Virus record (IMG/VR): IMGVR_UViG_3300024999_000072
Coordinates: 18,602-82,601 of that record
Source: a virus
Strand: one strand, 5' to 3'
Length of the DNA stretch: 64,000 nt
This document shows positions 37,956 through 48,178 of the stretch, one piece after another (position 1 is the first letter of the stretch; every line of letters starts with the position of its first letter). The notes beneath the pieces were generated by a model, which was given only the letters and a program-made list of their open reading frames with translations, made no database searches and was not told the DNA's origin. Position numbers and translations under genes: made by a program.

Positions 37956-38148
37956 GTTGTTATTTGAAGGTCGCACGACATTATCACGCAGACCAGGCGT
38001 GAGCGTCGAAGATGCCATTGCCGTAGAGGGTTTGAAAATTGCTAAGATTCTAAGCGTTGTACAAACGACTATCATCTCAATGCCGTTAGGATCCTCGGTA
38101 TCCATAATGGTACAGGTTACTCCGCCTAAGGGAGGGCAAGGCGAATGA
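37948..38148 (+). CDS. Small hypothetical protein
   Basis: GTG start after duplicated RBS. Confidence 0.6.
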   Translation: MPELLFEGRTTLSRRPGVSVEDAIAVEGLKIAKILSVVQTTIISMPLGSSVSIMVQVTPPKGGQGE

Positions 38149-40022
38149 GCCTCCTAGATGGCCTAAATGAGCAACAACTACAAGCGGTTACGTCTGATAG
38201 TTCAACTATTTTAAATTTGGCTGGGGCAGGATCTGGTAAAACCAGAGTCCTGACCCACAGAATAACCCATCTCCACCAAGAGAAGCGAGTGGGTACCAGC
38301 AACATACTCGCCATAACGTTTACTCGTCTCGCGGCCAAGGAAATGAAAGAGCGGACCATGAAGCTCGTTGGGAAGAGCGAGGGTTACAAGCTAACGATTG
38401 GGACATTCCATAGTTTCTGCGTGCGAGTCCTCAAGGAATGGGGCCACTTGGTTTCTTTGGAGAAAAACTTCACCATCTATACCGAAGACGATCGGAGGGC
38501 GATTATTCAGTCGTGTATTGATGAATTGGGTTATAAGGTCAAGTTGCAGGATGTTATGGATAATCTCTATGTTGTCTCGCCCGATGATTCGCAAGTGGCT
38601 AAAGTAGCAGCAGAATATCGTTATCGTTTGGTCAGAAATAACGCTTTGGATCTTGATGGGTTACTAGTTTACTTGAGGGTAGTCCTAACGTTTCCCCAAG
38701 CTCAAGCAGAATTGCAAAATCGATACCGTTACGTTTTTGTTGATGAGTTTCAGGACACCAACGACATTCAGCTTGAAATTATTAGTTTGCTTAATCCGGA
38801 TAACCTTTTTGTGGTGGGAGATGATTTCCAGTCAATTTATGGGTTCCGTGGCTCCAATGTTCGAAACATCATTGAGTTTCCGAACAAGTATCCTGGATGC
38901 GAAGTTGTCAAGCTCGAGCGCAATTATCGGTCGACAAAGCAGATTGTTTCAGCTGCCGATTCGCTCATTAAGCACAATCTTAGTCAAACTGAAAAGGCGC
39001 TAATTACCGATCGTGATGGTGCGGATATAAGATACACAGTCATGCCAGACGACGGCATTGAAGCGATGAATGTTGCTGACATGATAAGTGCGGAGTTCAA
39101 GCTGACGGAAACATGGTCAGGCATCGCAGTTTTGGCGCGAACGAATCGACAGCTACAGAAGGTTAAAGATGCCTTGGATCAAAGAGATATTCCATCCCTG
39201 ATCGTTTCAAGTCAAGATGATGTTTTCAAGAAACATGATATCCGAATGATTATCGCGTTTATCGAAGCGGCAATTAACCCGTTAGATGATATGAACATCC
39301 GCAAGGTGATCAACTTCCCTGAAGCAAGGGTTACTGATCTCGATATTCAAAAACTTGAGCTTGTAGCGCTAGAGCTTGGACAAAGTCTCTCGGACGTTAT
39401 GTTCATCGGAACAGAAAAGGAAAGGGACTTTCTTAAACTTTTAAGATTAACCCGCGAATCTTCCGAGGAACACGAAACCGCCCTCGAGGTAATCGAAGAA
39501 GCAATACACCAACTTGACCTTAGGTTTTATTACTACAATGAGGGCTTAAATAATCGGGCGGAAGATCTTGCAACTATGTTTATTGAGGTAGAACGATGGC
39601 AAAACGTTCAAGAGTCACTCGGGGAGCCTAACGGAATCTATTCGTTCTTGAAATGGCTCAGAATGAAGGACATTCAAGAAAAGCTAGTCCAAGAGAAAGA
39701 AAAAGATGCAGTAAAGCTCATGACGGTTCACGCATCCAAGGGCCTAGAATTTCCGGTGGTCTTTGTGATTGGGATGAATCAAGGTGTATTCCCCAGTAAG
39801 AGAACTGAGGATATAGAGGAAGAACGTCGACTATTCTACGTTGCGATCACTAGGGCAAAGGATCGGCTATATCTCACACGCCCGGAGTATAGAACGGCTT
39901 ATCAGGGAGGGCCAATGGTTCTGCAAGCTGAGAGCCAATTCATTCGCGAAATTAATATTGAGCAGTCGAGAGTATCCAGTAAGCCACAAGGAAAGGCGGC
40001 GAACTTCGAATGGTTGGAGTAG
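38145..40022 (+). CDS. UvrD/PcrA superfamily-1 helicase
   Basis: AGAGSGKT, VDEFQD, VGDDFQSIYGFRG, NYRS, TVHASKGLEF, LFYVAITRAK. Confidence 0.96.
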   Translation: MSLLDGLNEQQLQAVTSDSSTILNLAGAGSGKTRVLTHRITHLHQEKRVGTSNILAITFTRLAAKEMKERTMKLVGKSEGYKLTIGTFHSFCVRVLKEWGHLVSLEKNFTIYTEDDRRAIIQSCIDELGYKVKLQDVMDNLYVVSPDDSQVAKVAAEYRYRLVRNNALDLDGLLVYLRVVLTFPQAQAELQNRYRYVFVDEFQDTNDIQLEIISLLNPDNLFVVGDDFQSIYGFRGSNVRNIIEFPNKYPGCEVVKLERNYRSTKQIVSAADSLIKHNLSQTEKALITDRDGADIRYTVMPDDGIEAMNVADMISAEFKLTETWSGIAVLARTNRQLQKVKDALDQRDIPSLIVSSQDDVFKKHDIRMIIAFIEAAINPLDDMNIRKVINFPEARVTDLDIQKLELVALELGQSLSDVMFIGTEKERDFLKLLRLTRESSEEHETALEVIEEAIHQLDLRFYYYNEGLNNRAEDLATMFIEVERWQNVQESLGEPNGIYSFLKWLRMKDIQEKLVQEKEKDAVKLMTVHASKGLEFPVVFVIGMNQGVFPSKRTEDIEEERRLFYVAITRAKDRLYLTRPEYRTAYQGGPMVLQAESQFIREINIEQSRVSSKPQGKAANFEWLE

Positions 40023-40276
40023 ACTCAATCGAGGTAAAACTCAACTACTGCGCCGTGGCCGTGGCGATCCTCGCAAAATGCAACATCGAAACAGCTTTTG
40101 AAAAATTACAGCACCCTCATCCGGATAAAGTTAGAACGCATCTTACCACAGAGGATGTTGAAGATATACAAAGGTTTCGTGACGAAGGACTTTCCTACAA
40201 CGCGATAGCTAAGATTTATGACGTTTCTCGGTCTTCGATTATCTGGAGATTAGCCAGAGATGGCAAGGAGGACTAA
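40010..40276 (+). CDS. Small HTH protein
   Basis: GLSYNAIAKIYDVSRSSI. Confidence 0.75.
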   Translation: MVGVDSIEVKLNYCAVAVAILAKCNIETAFEKLQHPHPDKVRTHLTTEDVEDIQRFRDEGLSYNAIAKIYDVSRSSIIWRLARDGKED

Positions 40277-41259
40277 TGATGGGTGAAACAAAAATTGAGT
40301 GGTGCAGTCATACGTGGAATCCAATTTCTGGATGTACCAAAATATCTACCGGCTGTAAAAATTGTTTTGCAGAACGCATGAGTAAGCGCCTAGCCGGGCG
40401 TTGTGGGTACCCAAAAGATGATCCGTTCAAGGTGACATTGCATCCCGATAAACTTGAACAACCCTTACGATGGGCAAAGCCACGAAAGATATTCGTGAAC
40501 AGCATGAGCGATCTATTCCATGATGATGTGGATGAAAAGTTCATTGCTAAAGTGTTTGCTATCATGGATTTGGCTCGTCAGCATACCTATATGATTCTGA
40601 CAAAAAGACCGGAACGAGCAGCGAAATTGCTAAACGACGAAGATTTCCAGTTTCATATAGACTGGTTTCAGTCACAAGCAATACGAGAGTTTGGGCTACC
40701 AGAGCCAAAAGAGATAGGACCATTCCCTTTTAAAAATGTTTGGATTGGCGTCTCTGTGGAGAATCAAGCTACAGCAGACGAGCGAATCCCGTTGCTATTA
40801 CAGATGCCGGCGGTAGTGAGGTTTATCAGTGCGGAACCACTTCTCGGAAAGTTGGATCTTTCTCGATGGCTAGGGATTTCTCGGTTTGAAGAAGGGGCGC
40901 AGTGGGTCAGAGATACAGGAGCAGATCTGGACTTGGTTATTACAGGTGGGGAGAGCGGCCCGGGCGCGCGTCCAATGCATCCGGATTGGGCACGAAGTTT
41001 GAGAGATCAATGCCAGGCGGCGGATGTACCTTATTTTTTTAAACAGTTCGGAGAATGGGCTCAGGTCGGAGAATGCGGCAATAGTTCTGACGATGCCGTG
41101 TTTTACCACAACAATAACTATCAACGTGTCAACCATAATGGGGGCATGGGATATCACGGATCCGGAGCGATTTACATGCAAAGAGTCGGCAAAGAGCAAG
41201 CTGGGCGCTTACTCGATGGTCGAACTTGGGATGAAACCCCAACGAGCAAGAATGAGTAA
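40276..41259 (+). CDS. DUF5131 / phage Gp37-Gp68 radical-SAM-like protein
   Basis: TWNPISGCTKISTGCKNC, FVNSMSDLFH, GGESGPGARP. Confidence 0.92.
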   Translation: MMGETKIEWCSHTWNPISGCTKISTGCKNCFAERMSKRLAGRCGYPKDDPFKVTLHPDKLEQPLRWAKPRKIFVNSMSDLFHDDVDEKFIAKVFAIMDLARQHTYMILTKRPERAAKLLNDEDFQFHIDWFQSQAIREFGLPEPKEIGPFPFKNVWIGVSVENQATADERIPLLLQMPAVVRFISAEPLLGKLDLSRWLGISRFEEGAQWVRDTGADLDLVITGGESGPGARPMHPDWARSLRDQCQAADVPYFFKQFGEWAQVGECGNSSDDAVFYHNNNYQRVNHNGGMGYHGSGAIYMQRVGKEQAGRLLDGRTWDETPTSKNE

Positions 41260-42499
41260 GAAGAAACAAAGCGTATTCAAATATTCCGAGCTACAAGAAA
41301 TGCAATCGTGGGATCTCGATAAAAAGATTGAAAGCGCCAAAGAAGTAATTCTCGAAACATTTAAACAGGGTAAAAAAATTGCTCTTGCTTTTTCTGGAGG
41401 CAAAGATTCAACAGCTCTATGGCATTTAATCCTCACAACCTGTCCGGAGCAAGCTAAAAATATGGTTGTTATTTTCGGTAATACGGGTGTCGAGTACTCG
41501 GAAAGCCTCAATTTTGCCAGGAAGATCGGTAAGGATTGGGGCGGCGATAACTTCCATGAAACAAAATTAGATCGCCTAAAGGTCCCGCGTCTTAAGTATG
41601 AAGCACAGAAAGAAACATGGGCGCTGATTGAGGAAAGCGGAGATGTCCAAAGATATCTGAATAAAAAGGGACGATTGCTTTCTAGTGACAAACTCAACGA
41701 AGCCGTTACGCCTGAAATGTGGGAAGATTTTCGCTTCCGTAAGCTTGTGTGGGAAGTAGGAACACTTGTAAGCTTTTGGTTTATTGCAGAACAATACGGA
41801 TTTCCGATCCTCGGTAAAGATGCTACGAAGCTTGATGCTCCCAGGATTAACATTAACGTGTTTCTGAAGTACAGCCCGGAACAGTCGAAGGGTAACGACA
41901 GATATTACGAAATGCTGAGAAAGTTCCCGGATATGAGAATATCGCATAGTTGTTGTAACTTCATCAAGGAACGACCTTCGCAAAAGCTCCAAAAGAAACT
42001 CGGATGTGACACGCTCTTTCGTGGCTTGTTAGCAAGTGAATCGAGGCGCAGGACTTTTACCTTTCTCGACTATGGATTTCTGTACAATACGGCTGACGAT
42101 TATTTGTATTCCAACCCTTTGTCGATTTGGACTGATGTTGATGTTTGGGACTATATACACAAATTCAACGTGCCCTATGCTCCGTTGTATGACCTAACGG
42201 ATGATGAGGGAAATAAACTGTTTGAGCGTAATGGTTGCTATGTTTGCGGAACTGGCCTTGCTTACGAAAGAAATAACATTGAAATCCTACGCAAGTATTA
42301 CCTGCAAAAATGGACGGCTCTAATGAAATACGGCATGGCAAGGGAAATGAAAACGTTTGCCTGTGCTATCAGTGACGACATAAAGCTAAACGCCTTAGAG
42401 CATGATTGGCTATTAGATATGAGACCATGCGCATTCGATAGGTTGACACCGAGAAAGAATTTACTCGAAGACCTACAATACGGAACACTATTATTTTAA
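41252..42499 (+). CDS. PAPS-reductase-family (PP-loop, Fe-S) protein
   Basis: AFSGGKDS, CC, RNGCYVC. Confidence 0.9.
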   Translation: MSKKKQSVFKYSELQEMQSWDLDKKIESAKEVILETFKQGKKIALAFSGGKDSTALWHLILTTCPEQAKNMVVIFGNTGVEYSESLNFARKIGKDWGGDNFHETKLDRLKVPRLKYEAQKETWALIEESGDVQRYLNKKGRLLSSDKLNEAVTPEMWEDFRFRKLVWEVGTLVSFWFIAEQYGFPILGKDATKLDAPRININVFLKYSPEQSKGNDRYYEMLRKFPDMRISHSCCNFIKERPSQKLQKKLGCDTLFRGLLASESRRRTFTFLDYGFLYNTADDYLYSNPLSIWTDVDVWDYIHKFNVPYAPLYDLTDDEGNKLFERNGCYVCGTGLAYERNNIEILRKYYLQKWTALMKYGMAREMKTFACAISDDIKLNALEHDWLLDMRPCAFDRLTPRKNLLEDLQYGTLLF

Positions 42500-42575
42500 G
42501 GGGTAGATCAGGTAGGGAGGCTGATCTGAGACAGATGGTAATATTTTGATTCAAGGAAGGGAAGGAGGTTAAGTC

Positions 42576-43385
42576 TTGACACTTGGCCCTGTCCTCAAAT
42601 ACCCCGGCTCAAAATGGAGAATGGCTGATTGGATAGTCTCACATATGCCAAAGCATAGAACCTTCCTAGAACCCTTCTTCGGCAGTGGAGCTGTCTTATT
42701 TAACAAAACACCAAGCCCTATTGAAACAGTTAACGATCTGGACGAAAACGTTACAAACCTTTTTAAATTAGTCCGCGACTTTCCCGAAGAATTAGCCAGA
42801 AGGATTTCCCTTACCCCTTATTCTAGGCATGAGTACGACATGACTTTTGACGGACTGGTACCTGTGGACGAATTTGAAAAGGCAAGAAGGTTTCTAGTCC
42901 GATGCTGGCAAGGCCATGGATTTAGGACAAACGGATACAAGGTTGGCTGGAAAAACGATGTTCAAGGCAGAGAGAAGGCCTACGCTTTATCAAACTGGTA
43001 CCGCCTTCCTGATTGGATCATGCAAGTAACCGAAAGACTTAAACAAGTGCAGATAGAGTGTCTACCAGCATTGGGAGTTATAAAACGCCATGCTTACGAT
43101 AACGTTTTAATCTATGCAGACCCACCATATGTTCTTAGCACCAGAACAGCCAAGCAATACAAGCACGAAATGACCGATCAGGATCACATTGAATTACTCG
43201 AGGCGCTAGACGATCACACAGGGCCAGTATTACTTAGCGGGTATGCATGTGATCTTTATGACTCAAGGTTGGAACATTGGACTCGTAAAACGTTTAAGGC
43301 CTTTGCTGAAGGAGGCAGAGAACGCGAGGAAGTACTTTGGATAAATCCAACTGCAGCTAAAATGATCGGGACAACACTGTTTTAA
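42576..43385 (+). CDS. Dam-like (D12 class) N6-adenine methyltransferase
   Basis: KYPGSK, EPFFGSG, YADPPY. Confidence 0.93.
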   Translation: MTLGPVLKYPGSKWRMADWIVSHMPKHRTFLEPFFGSGAVLFNKTPSPIETVNDLDENVTNLFKLVRDFPEELARRISLTPYSRHEYDMTFDGLVPVDEFEKARRFLVRCWQGHGFRTNGYKVGWKNDVQGREKAYALSNWYRLPDWIMQVTERLKQVQIECLPALGVIKRHAYDNVLIYADPPYVLSTRTAKQYKHEMTDQDHIELLEALDDHTGPVLLSGYACDLYDSRLEHWTRKTFKAFAEGGREREEVLWINPTAAKMIGTTLF

Positions 43386-43459
43386 CAGAAACATGAAGAA
43401 GTTTTGGCAAAAAGGTTATGACACCGCAAGGGAATATCCTTATTAAAGAGGGTGATTAG

Positions 43460-44233
43460 ATGGCAAGGCCACAAAAAGAGGGTATGGACTATTTTCCACA
43501 TGATAACGATGCTGCCAATGACGAAAAAATTGAAGCGCTCAGAGTCCTGTATGGTAACGATGGCTATGCCTTTTATTTCATCCTTCTAGAAAGGATATAC
43601 AGAACTGCTGATTTTGAGTTAGACATTTCTGACGCAGAAACTATCCAGATACTCTGCAGAAAGGTATCAGTAACAGAGGAGTTATTCAACAGAATGCTCG
43701 AAACCGCATTTAAACGAAAATGTTTTGATCAAGAAGCATACGAGCAGAGAGGGGTTTTAACGAGTTCTGGAATCAAAAGAAGGGCATCAGTAGTCCTTGA
43801 AAAGCGAGAAACCATGCGGTCTAAGTACAAAAAAGTTTCTGACGCAGAAACTACCCAAGAAACTAAGGCAGAAACGCCACAAAGTAAAGTAAAGGAAAGT
43901 AAAGTAAAGGAAAGTAAAGTAAAGGATATTAAGTCCGAAATTATTAAAAATCTGTTTGGTGAAAAAGTTCTCTTATCGGATCAAGAATATCAAAAATTGG
44001 TCAGTCAGCATGGGGAACAAGAAACCAAGCAAATGATATCGATCCTTGATAGTTGGTATTTGACCAAGGGTAATAAGCCGAACAAGTCTGATTATCACAC
44101 GATGGTTGGATCGGGATGGGTTTTAAAGCGATTCATGGAGGATCGGAAAAGACAGCGCAATAAGGACCCAGGAGATAAGCCGCCTCCACCATCCAAGACG
44201 CCTAAGAACAAGTACGATAAATTTTATCTGTGA
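43460..44233 (+). CDS. Replication initiator/replisome organiser (DUF4373-like)
   Basis: MARPQKEGMDYFPHD N-terminus; KVKES-repeat linker. Confidence 0.88.
   Translation: MARPQKEGMDYFPHDNDAANDEKIEALRVLYGNDGYAFYFILLERIYRTADFELDISDAETIQILCRKVSVTEELFNRMLETAFKRKCFDQEAYEQRGVLTSSGIKRRASVVLEKRETMRSKYKKVSDAETTQETKAETPQSKVKESKVKESKVKDIKSEIIKNLFGEKVLLSDQEYQKLVSQHGEQETKQMISILDSWYLTKGNKPNKSDYHTMVGSGWVLKRFMEDRKRQRNKDPGDKPPPPSKTPKNKYDKFYL
43626..43925. repeat. Putative origin iterons inside the initiator gene
   Basis: TTTCTGACGCAGAAACTA at 43626 and 43836; AAAGTAAAGTAAAGG x3 at 43881-43925. Confidence 0.7.
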
Positions 44234-44245
44234 GGTGGATGAGCC

Positions 44246-44662
44246 ATGAACACTTACGCAATAGATTTCTCCGGTTACAGCGGAAACGAAGTAGCCAAAA
44301 CAGCAGGTAAAGCAAAATACAGTTACTTTTTAAATCGCGAACTATCTGATTGCGGATTTAGTTTTGGATATTTTGTATCAAGGGCTAAATGCAAATTGGT
44401 CCATAAATTCCACGTTCAAGATTTGTTTACGCAAGACATCAAAGGCTTTAATCGCATGAAAGAACACCGCGACATTGAATTTGCTCACCTTGGTATGAAG
44501 GTCGAGGTTAACGGAAAACCAGGCGTAATCGTTGGATCTAACAGAAGTCTAAACCTAGACGTTTGCCTTGAAGGAGAGCATTGGCGAAGTAACTGCCATC
44601 CATGGTGGAGGGTAAAGTATTTCGACAACAAGGGAGATTTAATCAAGGAGTACGGAGATTAA
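44246..44662 (+). CDS. Conserved phage protein
   Basis: AKTAGKAKY and NCHPWW motifs. Confidence 0.75.
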   Translation: MNTYAIDFSGYSGNEVAKTAGKAKYSYFLNRELSDCGFSFGYFVSRAKCKLVHKFHVQDLFTQDIKGFNRMKEHRDIEFAHLGMKVEVNGKPGVIVGSNRSLNLDVCLEGEHWRSNCHPWWRVKYFDNKGDLIKEYGD

Positions 44663-44685
44663 AAATCGTCTGGCGGTGATAATCA

Positions 44686-45786
44686 ATGCCAAGAATGGGA
44701 CACGCAAACCCTCGAACATACGGAACCAAACTACTTATGCCAAAATATGAGGATACAGAAACAGCGTCTCCCGTAACCACAAGGGTGTGTGATGTCGAGC
44801 ATTATGAACTAACTGGAGAGCTTAAATATATTGACGAGGGGGAAGTGGTTATGCCAAGCGTTGATACGATTGAAAATGCTAAGCGCATGAGAGCGGAGTT
44901 GAAAACCCTCGAACGGTTTGAAGCCGTGGGATCCTATAGCGATGTCGCCAAGAAATACCTAACCAGCAAAACGACGTCTCATGCACACTTGATGCACCTC
45001 AGGCATTTGGCAACTGAGCAGGAGAAGAAGGTGAAGGAGGAAAGGCAAATGATAAATAAGGCTATTGGGGCATGCAAACCAGAGGTTGAGGAAACCGCAG
45101 ATATCGCGCCAGAGGATAAAACAACAACTTCTGACGAGTCTAAGGGCACAGTTGCAGTAGATTGTCTGAAAGAGGGCAAGGAAGAGGCTGAAAATTCCAT
45201 CGTAACAGACTACAGGGAATCGTTTGGTGAGGATCTTAGGATCCCTGCGGATGAGCCAGAGGATAAGGAATTGTATGAGCATGTGGAACACGCGGATGAA
45301 CCTTTATCCGAGGAAACGCTCAAGAAAATCAACGACAGAGTTGAGGAGGTTCTGACCAAAAAGAACGAAGCGGATTTAGTCGGGCCTATTGAAGTCCATG
45401 ACGAGGGGATCGACACTCCTCTTGGCAAAATGAGCGCAAAGACAGGTCGTTACATGTGCGTAGATTGCGGCAAAGGAATACTGGACGGCGTTGCGGTTTA
45501 TGCGCAATCTGGGTTGTGCGAAAGTTGTAGTGAGATTCTGCACCAAATAGATCACCCAGAGCTTTGCGAGGTCAAGCAAGATAGAGAACTATCAGAACAA
45601 GAGTTCGACCGGATAATGTCCAAGGTTGAAGCGCAATGGACAGCAGCTCCCATAACTAAAGCCCAAACAATCGAGGAATTATGGAAAAGACTTGAATCAA
45701 CCGCTTGTGCACTCCACAAGATGACTATCGAGCAAGCTGAAAGAGATTTTCAAAAGCGGCTTGCCGGGGTGGTTGAGGGATGCTGA
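44686..45786 (+). CDS. Acidic low-complexity protein with zinc finger
   Basis: CVDC...CESC. Confidence 0.7.
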   Translation: MPRMGHANPRTYGTKLLMPKYEDTETASPVTTRVCDVEHYELTGELKYIDEGEVVMPSVDTIENAKRMRAELKTLERFEAVGSYSDVAKKYLTSKTTSHAHLMHLRHLATEQEKKVKEERQMINKAIGACKPEVEETADIAPEDKTTTSDESKGTVAVDCLKEGKEEAENSIVTDYRESFGEDLRIPADEPEDKELYEHVEHADEPLSEETLKKINDRVEEVLTKKNEADLVGPIEVHDEGIDTPLGKMSAKTGRYMCVDCGKGILDGVAVYAQSGLCESCSEILHQIDHPELCEVKQDRELSEQEFDRIMSKVEAQWTAAPITKAQTIEELWKRLESTACALHKMTIEQAERDFQKRLAGVVEGC

Positions 45787-46442
45787 AGAAGGAAAAGCCG
45801 ATAATCTTTTCGACCGAGATGGTTCGGGCGATTCTGGAAAATAGAAAATCTAAAACCAGACGCGTAATTAAACCACAGCCACCAGAAAATTCGATATGTC
45901 ATGGGTGGGTTATGAGTTCAACAGAACCTAAGAATGAGGGTTGCGCAGGGTTTGGCCCGGACGAGAACTGCGTTAATCATTACTCGAAGTGCCCTTGGGA
46001 AGTTGGACAGATCCTCTGGGTGAGGGAAACGTGGTCACAACTCGACGCGGATTACAGAGCAGTTACCGGAAAATTTGATATCGAAGAATTTAAGGGATGC
46101 CCGATTATTTACAAGGCTGACGAAAATCCAGAACATTTTAATTACTGGAGATCATCGATCTACATGCCACGTTCGGCAGCTAGATTACTTCTGAAAGTCA
46201 AGGATATCAGAGTTGAGAGGCTGCAGGAGATAACGGAAGAGGATGCAAGGTGTGAAGGTTGCATTGATTATCATGACAAAATCGGCGATGGAAAATTAGG
46301 TGATGTTGCTGAATTTGATCTAACCGCAAGGGATGTGTTCGCCGACCTTTGGGAAAGCATCAACTTAAAACGCGGGTATGGCTGGCATTTGAATCCGTGG
46401 GTATTTGTGATTTCGTTTGAGAAGGTGGAAGGGATAAATTGA
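45780..46442 (+). CDS. ASCH/PUA-like phage protein
   Basis: PIIFSTEMVRAIL..KSKTRR, LWVRETW, NPWVFVISF. Confidence 0.85.
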   Translation: MLKKEKPIIFSTEMVRAILENRKSKTRRVIKPQPPENSICHGWVMSSTEPKNEGCAGFGPDENCVNHYSKCPWEVGQILWVRETWSQLDADYRAVTGKFDIEEFKGCPIIYKADENPEHFNYWRSSIYMPRSAARLLLKVKDIRVERLQEITEEDARCEGCIDYHDKIGDGKLGDVAEFDLTARDVFADLWESINLKRGYGWHLNPWVFVISFEKVEGIN

Positions 46443-46723
46443 AAATTGAATTGTTGGATTCCAAGGAACAATTTGAAAACCTTCAAAAAGGTGAATTGAT
46501 TCTAGTGAAATGGTCCGACAACTGGGTTAGGCACACCCCAAGGTCTAAAAATGTGATGTTTTATAACGTCTATGACAATAAACATGATCAAGAGGAAATT
46601 ATATGTCAAAGAAAAGACAATCACTATTTTAACTATGACAGATACTTGCAGGGGCTTAGTGGTGCCTTAGAAGTTTACGGAGTTATTGAATACGAGAGAG
46701 TGGAAGGTGATTCTAATCCTTAA
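46439..46723 (+). CDS. Hypothetical protein
   Basis: Coupled ORF. Confidence 0.7.
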   Translation: MKIELLDSKEQFENLQKGELILVKWSDNWVRHTPRSKNVMFYNVYDNKHDQEEIICQRKDNHYFNYDRYLQGLSGALEVYGVIEYERVEGDSNP

Positions 46724-47120
46724 CCGTGTAATTTTGATTGGCCGTTTAACCAGAGATCCCGACTTGCGTTATTCTCCCTCCGGAGTCGCCGTAACAAACT
46801 TTACCTTAGCCATCGATCGCAGATTCAAGAACGCTCAAGGTGAAAAGGAAACTGACTTTATTCCGTGCGTTGTGTTTAAACAACTTGCCGAACATTGTGC
46901 GAATTATTTGGCCAAAGGAAAGCTTGCCTCAGTCGATGGGAGGATTCAGGTCAGAACGTACAACGATAAGGATGGACAAAAGCGCTGGGTGACCGAGGTT
47001 ATCGCTGAGGATGTGCATTTTCTGAGTCCTAAAGACGGAGGGAGCAGTACACAGGAGCGTACGCCCAACGGCACTAATTACGGCCATGAAGTGAATTTGG
47101 ACGATGATATCCCATTCTGA
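46707..47120 (+). CDS. ssb: Single-stranded DNA-binding protein
   Basis: LNRVILIGRLTRDP...DDDIPF; start codon ambiguous. Confidence 0.96.
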   Translation: MILILNRVILIGRLTRDPDLRYSPSGVAVTNFTLAIDRRFKNAQGEKETDFIPCVVFKQLAEHCANYLAKGKLASVDGRIQVRTYNDKDGQKRWVTEVIAEDVHFLSPKDGGSSTQERTPNGTNYGHEVNLDDDIPF

Positions 47121-47281
47121 TGTTGGAGGGATAGGCGTTGAGTGACGATACAGGTTACTACTGGATCAGGGTATTTGATTATGTTTGGGTAATCAACTTT
47201 GATGGTGGTTGGCCTAATTAATAGCTGAAATATGCGTGTCATTTATAGCAACTTTCATGGTGGTTAACTTTATCCAGGAAG

Positions 47282-48178
47282 GTGGTAGATACATTGCAAG
47301 TTGGACTAATAGATGTCGATTCAAAGATACCTAATTTAGCCTTAATGAAAATATCAGCATGGCATAAAACACTTGGTAACGCAGTGAAACTCTATGATCC
47401 CTTATACGACAAACCAGACATCATTTATGCCAGCAAGGTATTCTCATATACACCTGACTATCCGTATTTTCCTGATGGGGTAGAAGTTATCAAAGGTGGG
47501 TCTGGCTATGATGTTGATGGTCAAGAGCCGAGCAAGCTGAGTGTTGAAGTTGAGTCCATATGTCCAGACTACGCCCTTTATGACATGGATTACTCCATGG
47601 GGTTCCTGACAAGGGGTTGCATCAGAAGATGCTCCTGGTGCAGTGTGTGGAAGCGTGAAGGTCACATTAGACCAGGAGCCGACATTGAACAGTTCCTAAG
47701 ACACGGCAAAGCGGTACTGCTTGATAACAATGTGTTAGCTTGCGACTGGGGCATAAAGCAGATTGAGAAGATAGTCAGTTTAGGGATTAAGGTGGACTTT
47801 AACCAAGGATTGGACGCACGGCTTATTGATGACTCTGTTGCTAAACTATTATCAAAGGTCAAATGGTTGGAACCAGTGAGGCTTGCGTGTGATAGCAAAG
47901 AGATGATGCCTCACATTCAGAAAGCAGTTGAGACCCTTAGATGGCACAATGTAACCCCTAGTCGATACTCGTGCTATGTGTTAATCACTGAAGACATTCA
48001 GGATGCTGTGGATCGTATAAAGTTTCTTAAAGGTTTATACCTTGATCCATTCGCTCAACCGTTTATATCACCGATCTTGAGTGACAAGAAACCCACGAGC
48101 ACAATGGAAAAATTAGCGAGGTTCACCGATCGAAAACAAATTTTTAAAAGTACGACATGGGAAGAATATGTAGGCTAA
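47282..48178 (+). CDS. Radical SAM protein
   Basis: PNLALMKIS, RGCIRRCSWC, DFNQGLDARL. Confidence 0.9.
   Translation: MVDTLQVGLIDVDSKIPNLALMKISAWHKTLGNAVKLYDPLYDKPDIIYASKVFSYTPDYPYFPDGVEVIKGGSGYDVDGQEPSKLSVEVESICPDYALYDMDYSMGFLTRGCIRRCSWCSVWKREGHIRPGADIEQFLRHGKAVLLDNNVLACDWGIKQIEKIVSLGIKVDFNQGLDARLIDDSVAKLLSKVKWLEPVRLACDSKEMMPHIQKAVETLRWHNVTPSRYSCYVLITEDIQDAVDRIKFLKGLYLDPFAQPFISPILSDKKPTSTMEKLARFTDRKQIFKSTTWEEYVG

Noticed and set aside
8140-42499. Complete Dnd/Ssp phosphorothioate system from the PAPS-reductase-like genes plus the SMC ATPase
   Set aside because: Genes are dispersed, no DndE/SspB or cysteine desulfurase recognised, and the SMC gene sits in the recombination slot
43881-43925. 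Phase-variable repeat tract
   Set aside because: The 15-bp unit is in frame and is a common linker in phage initiators
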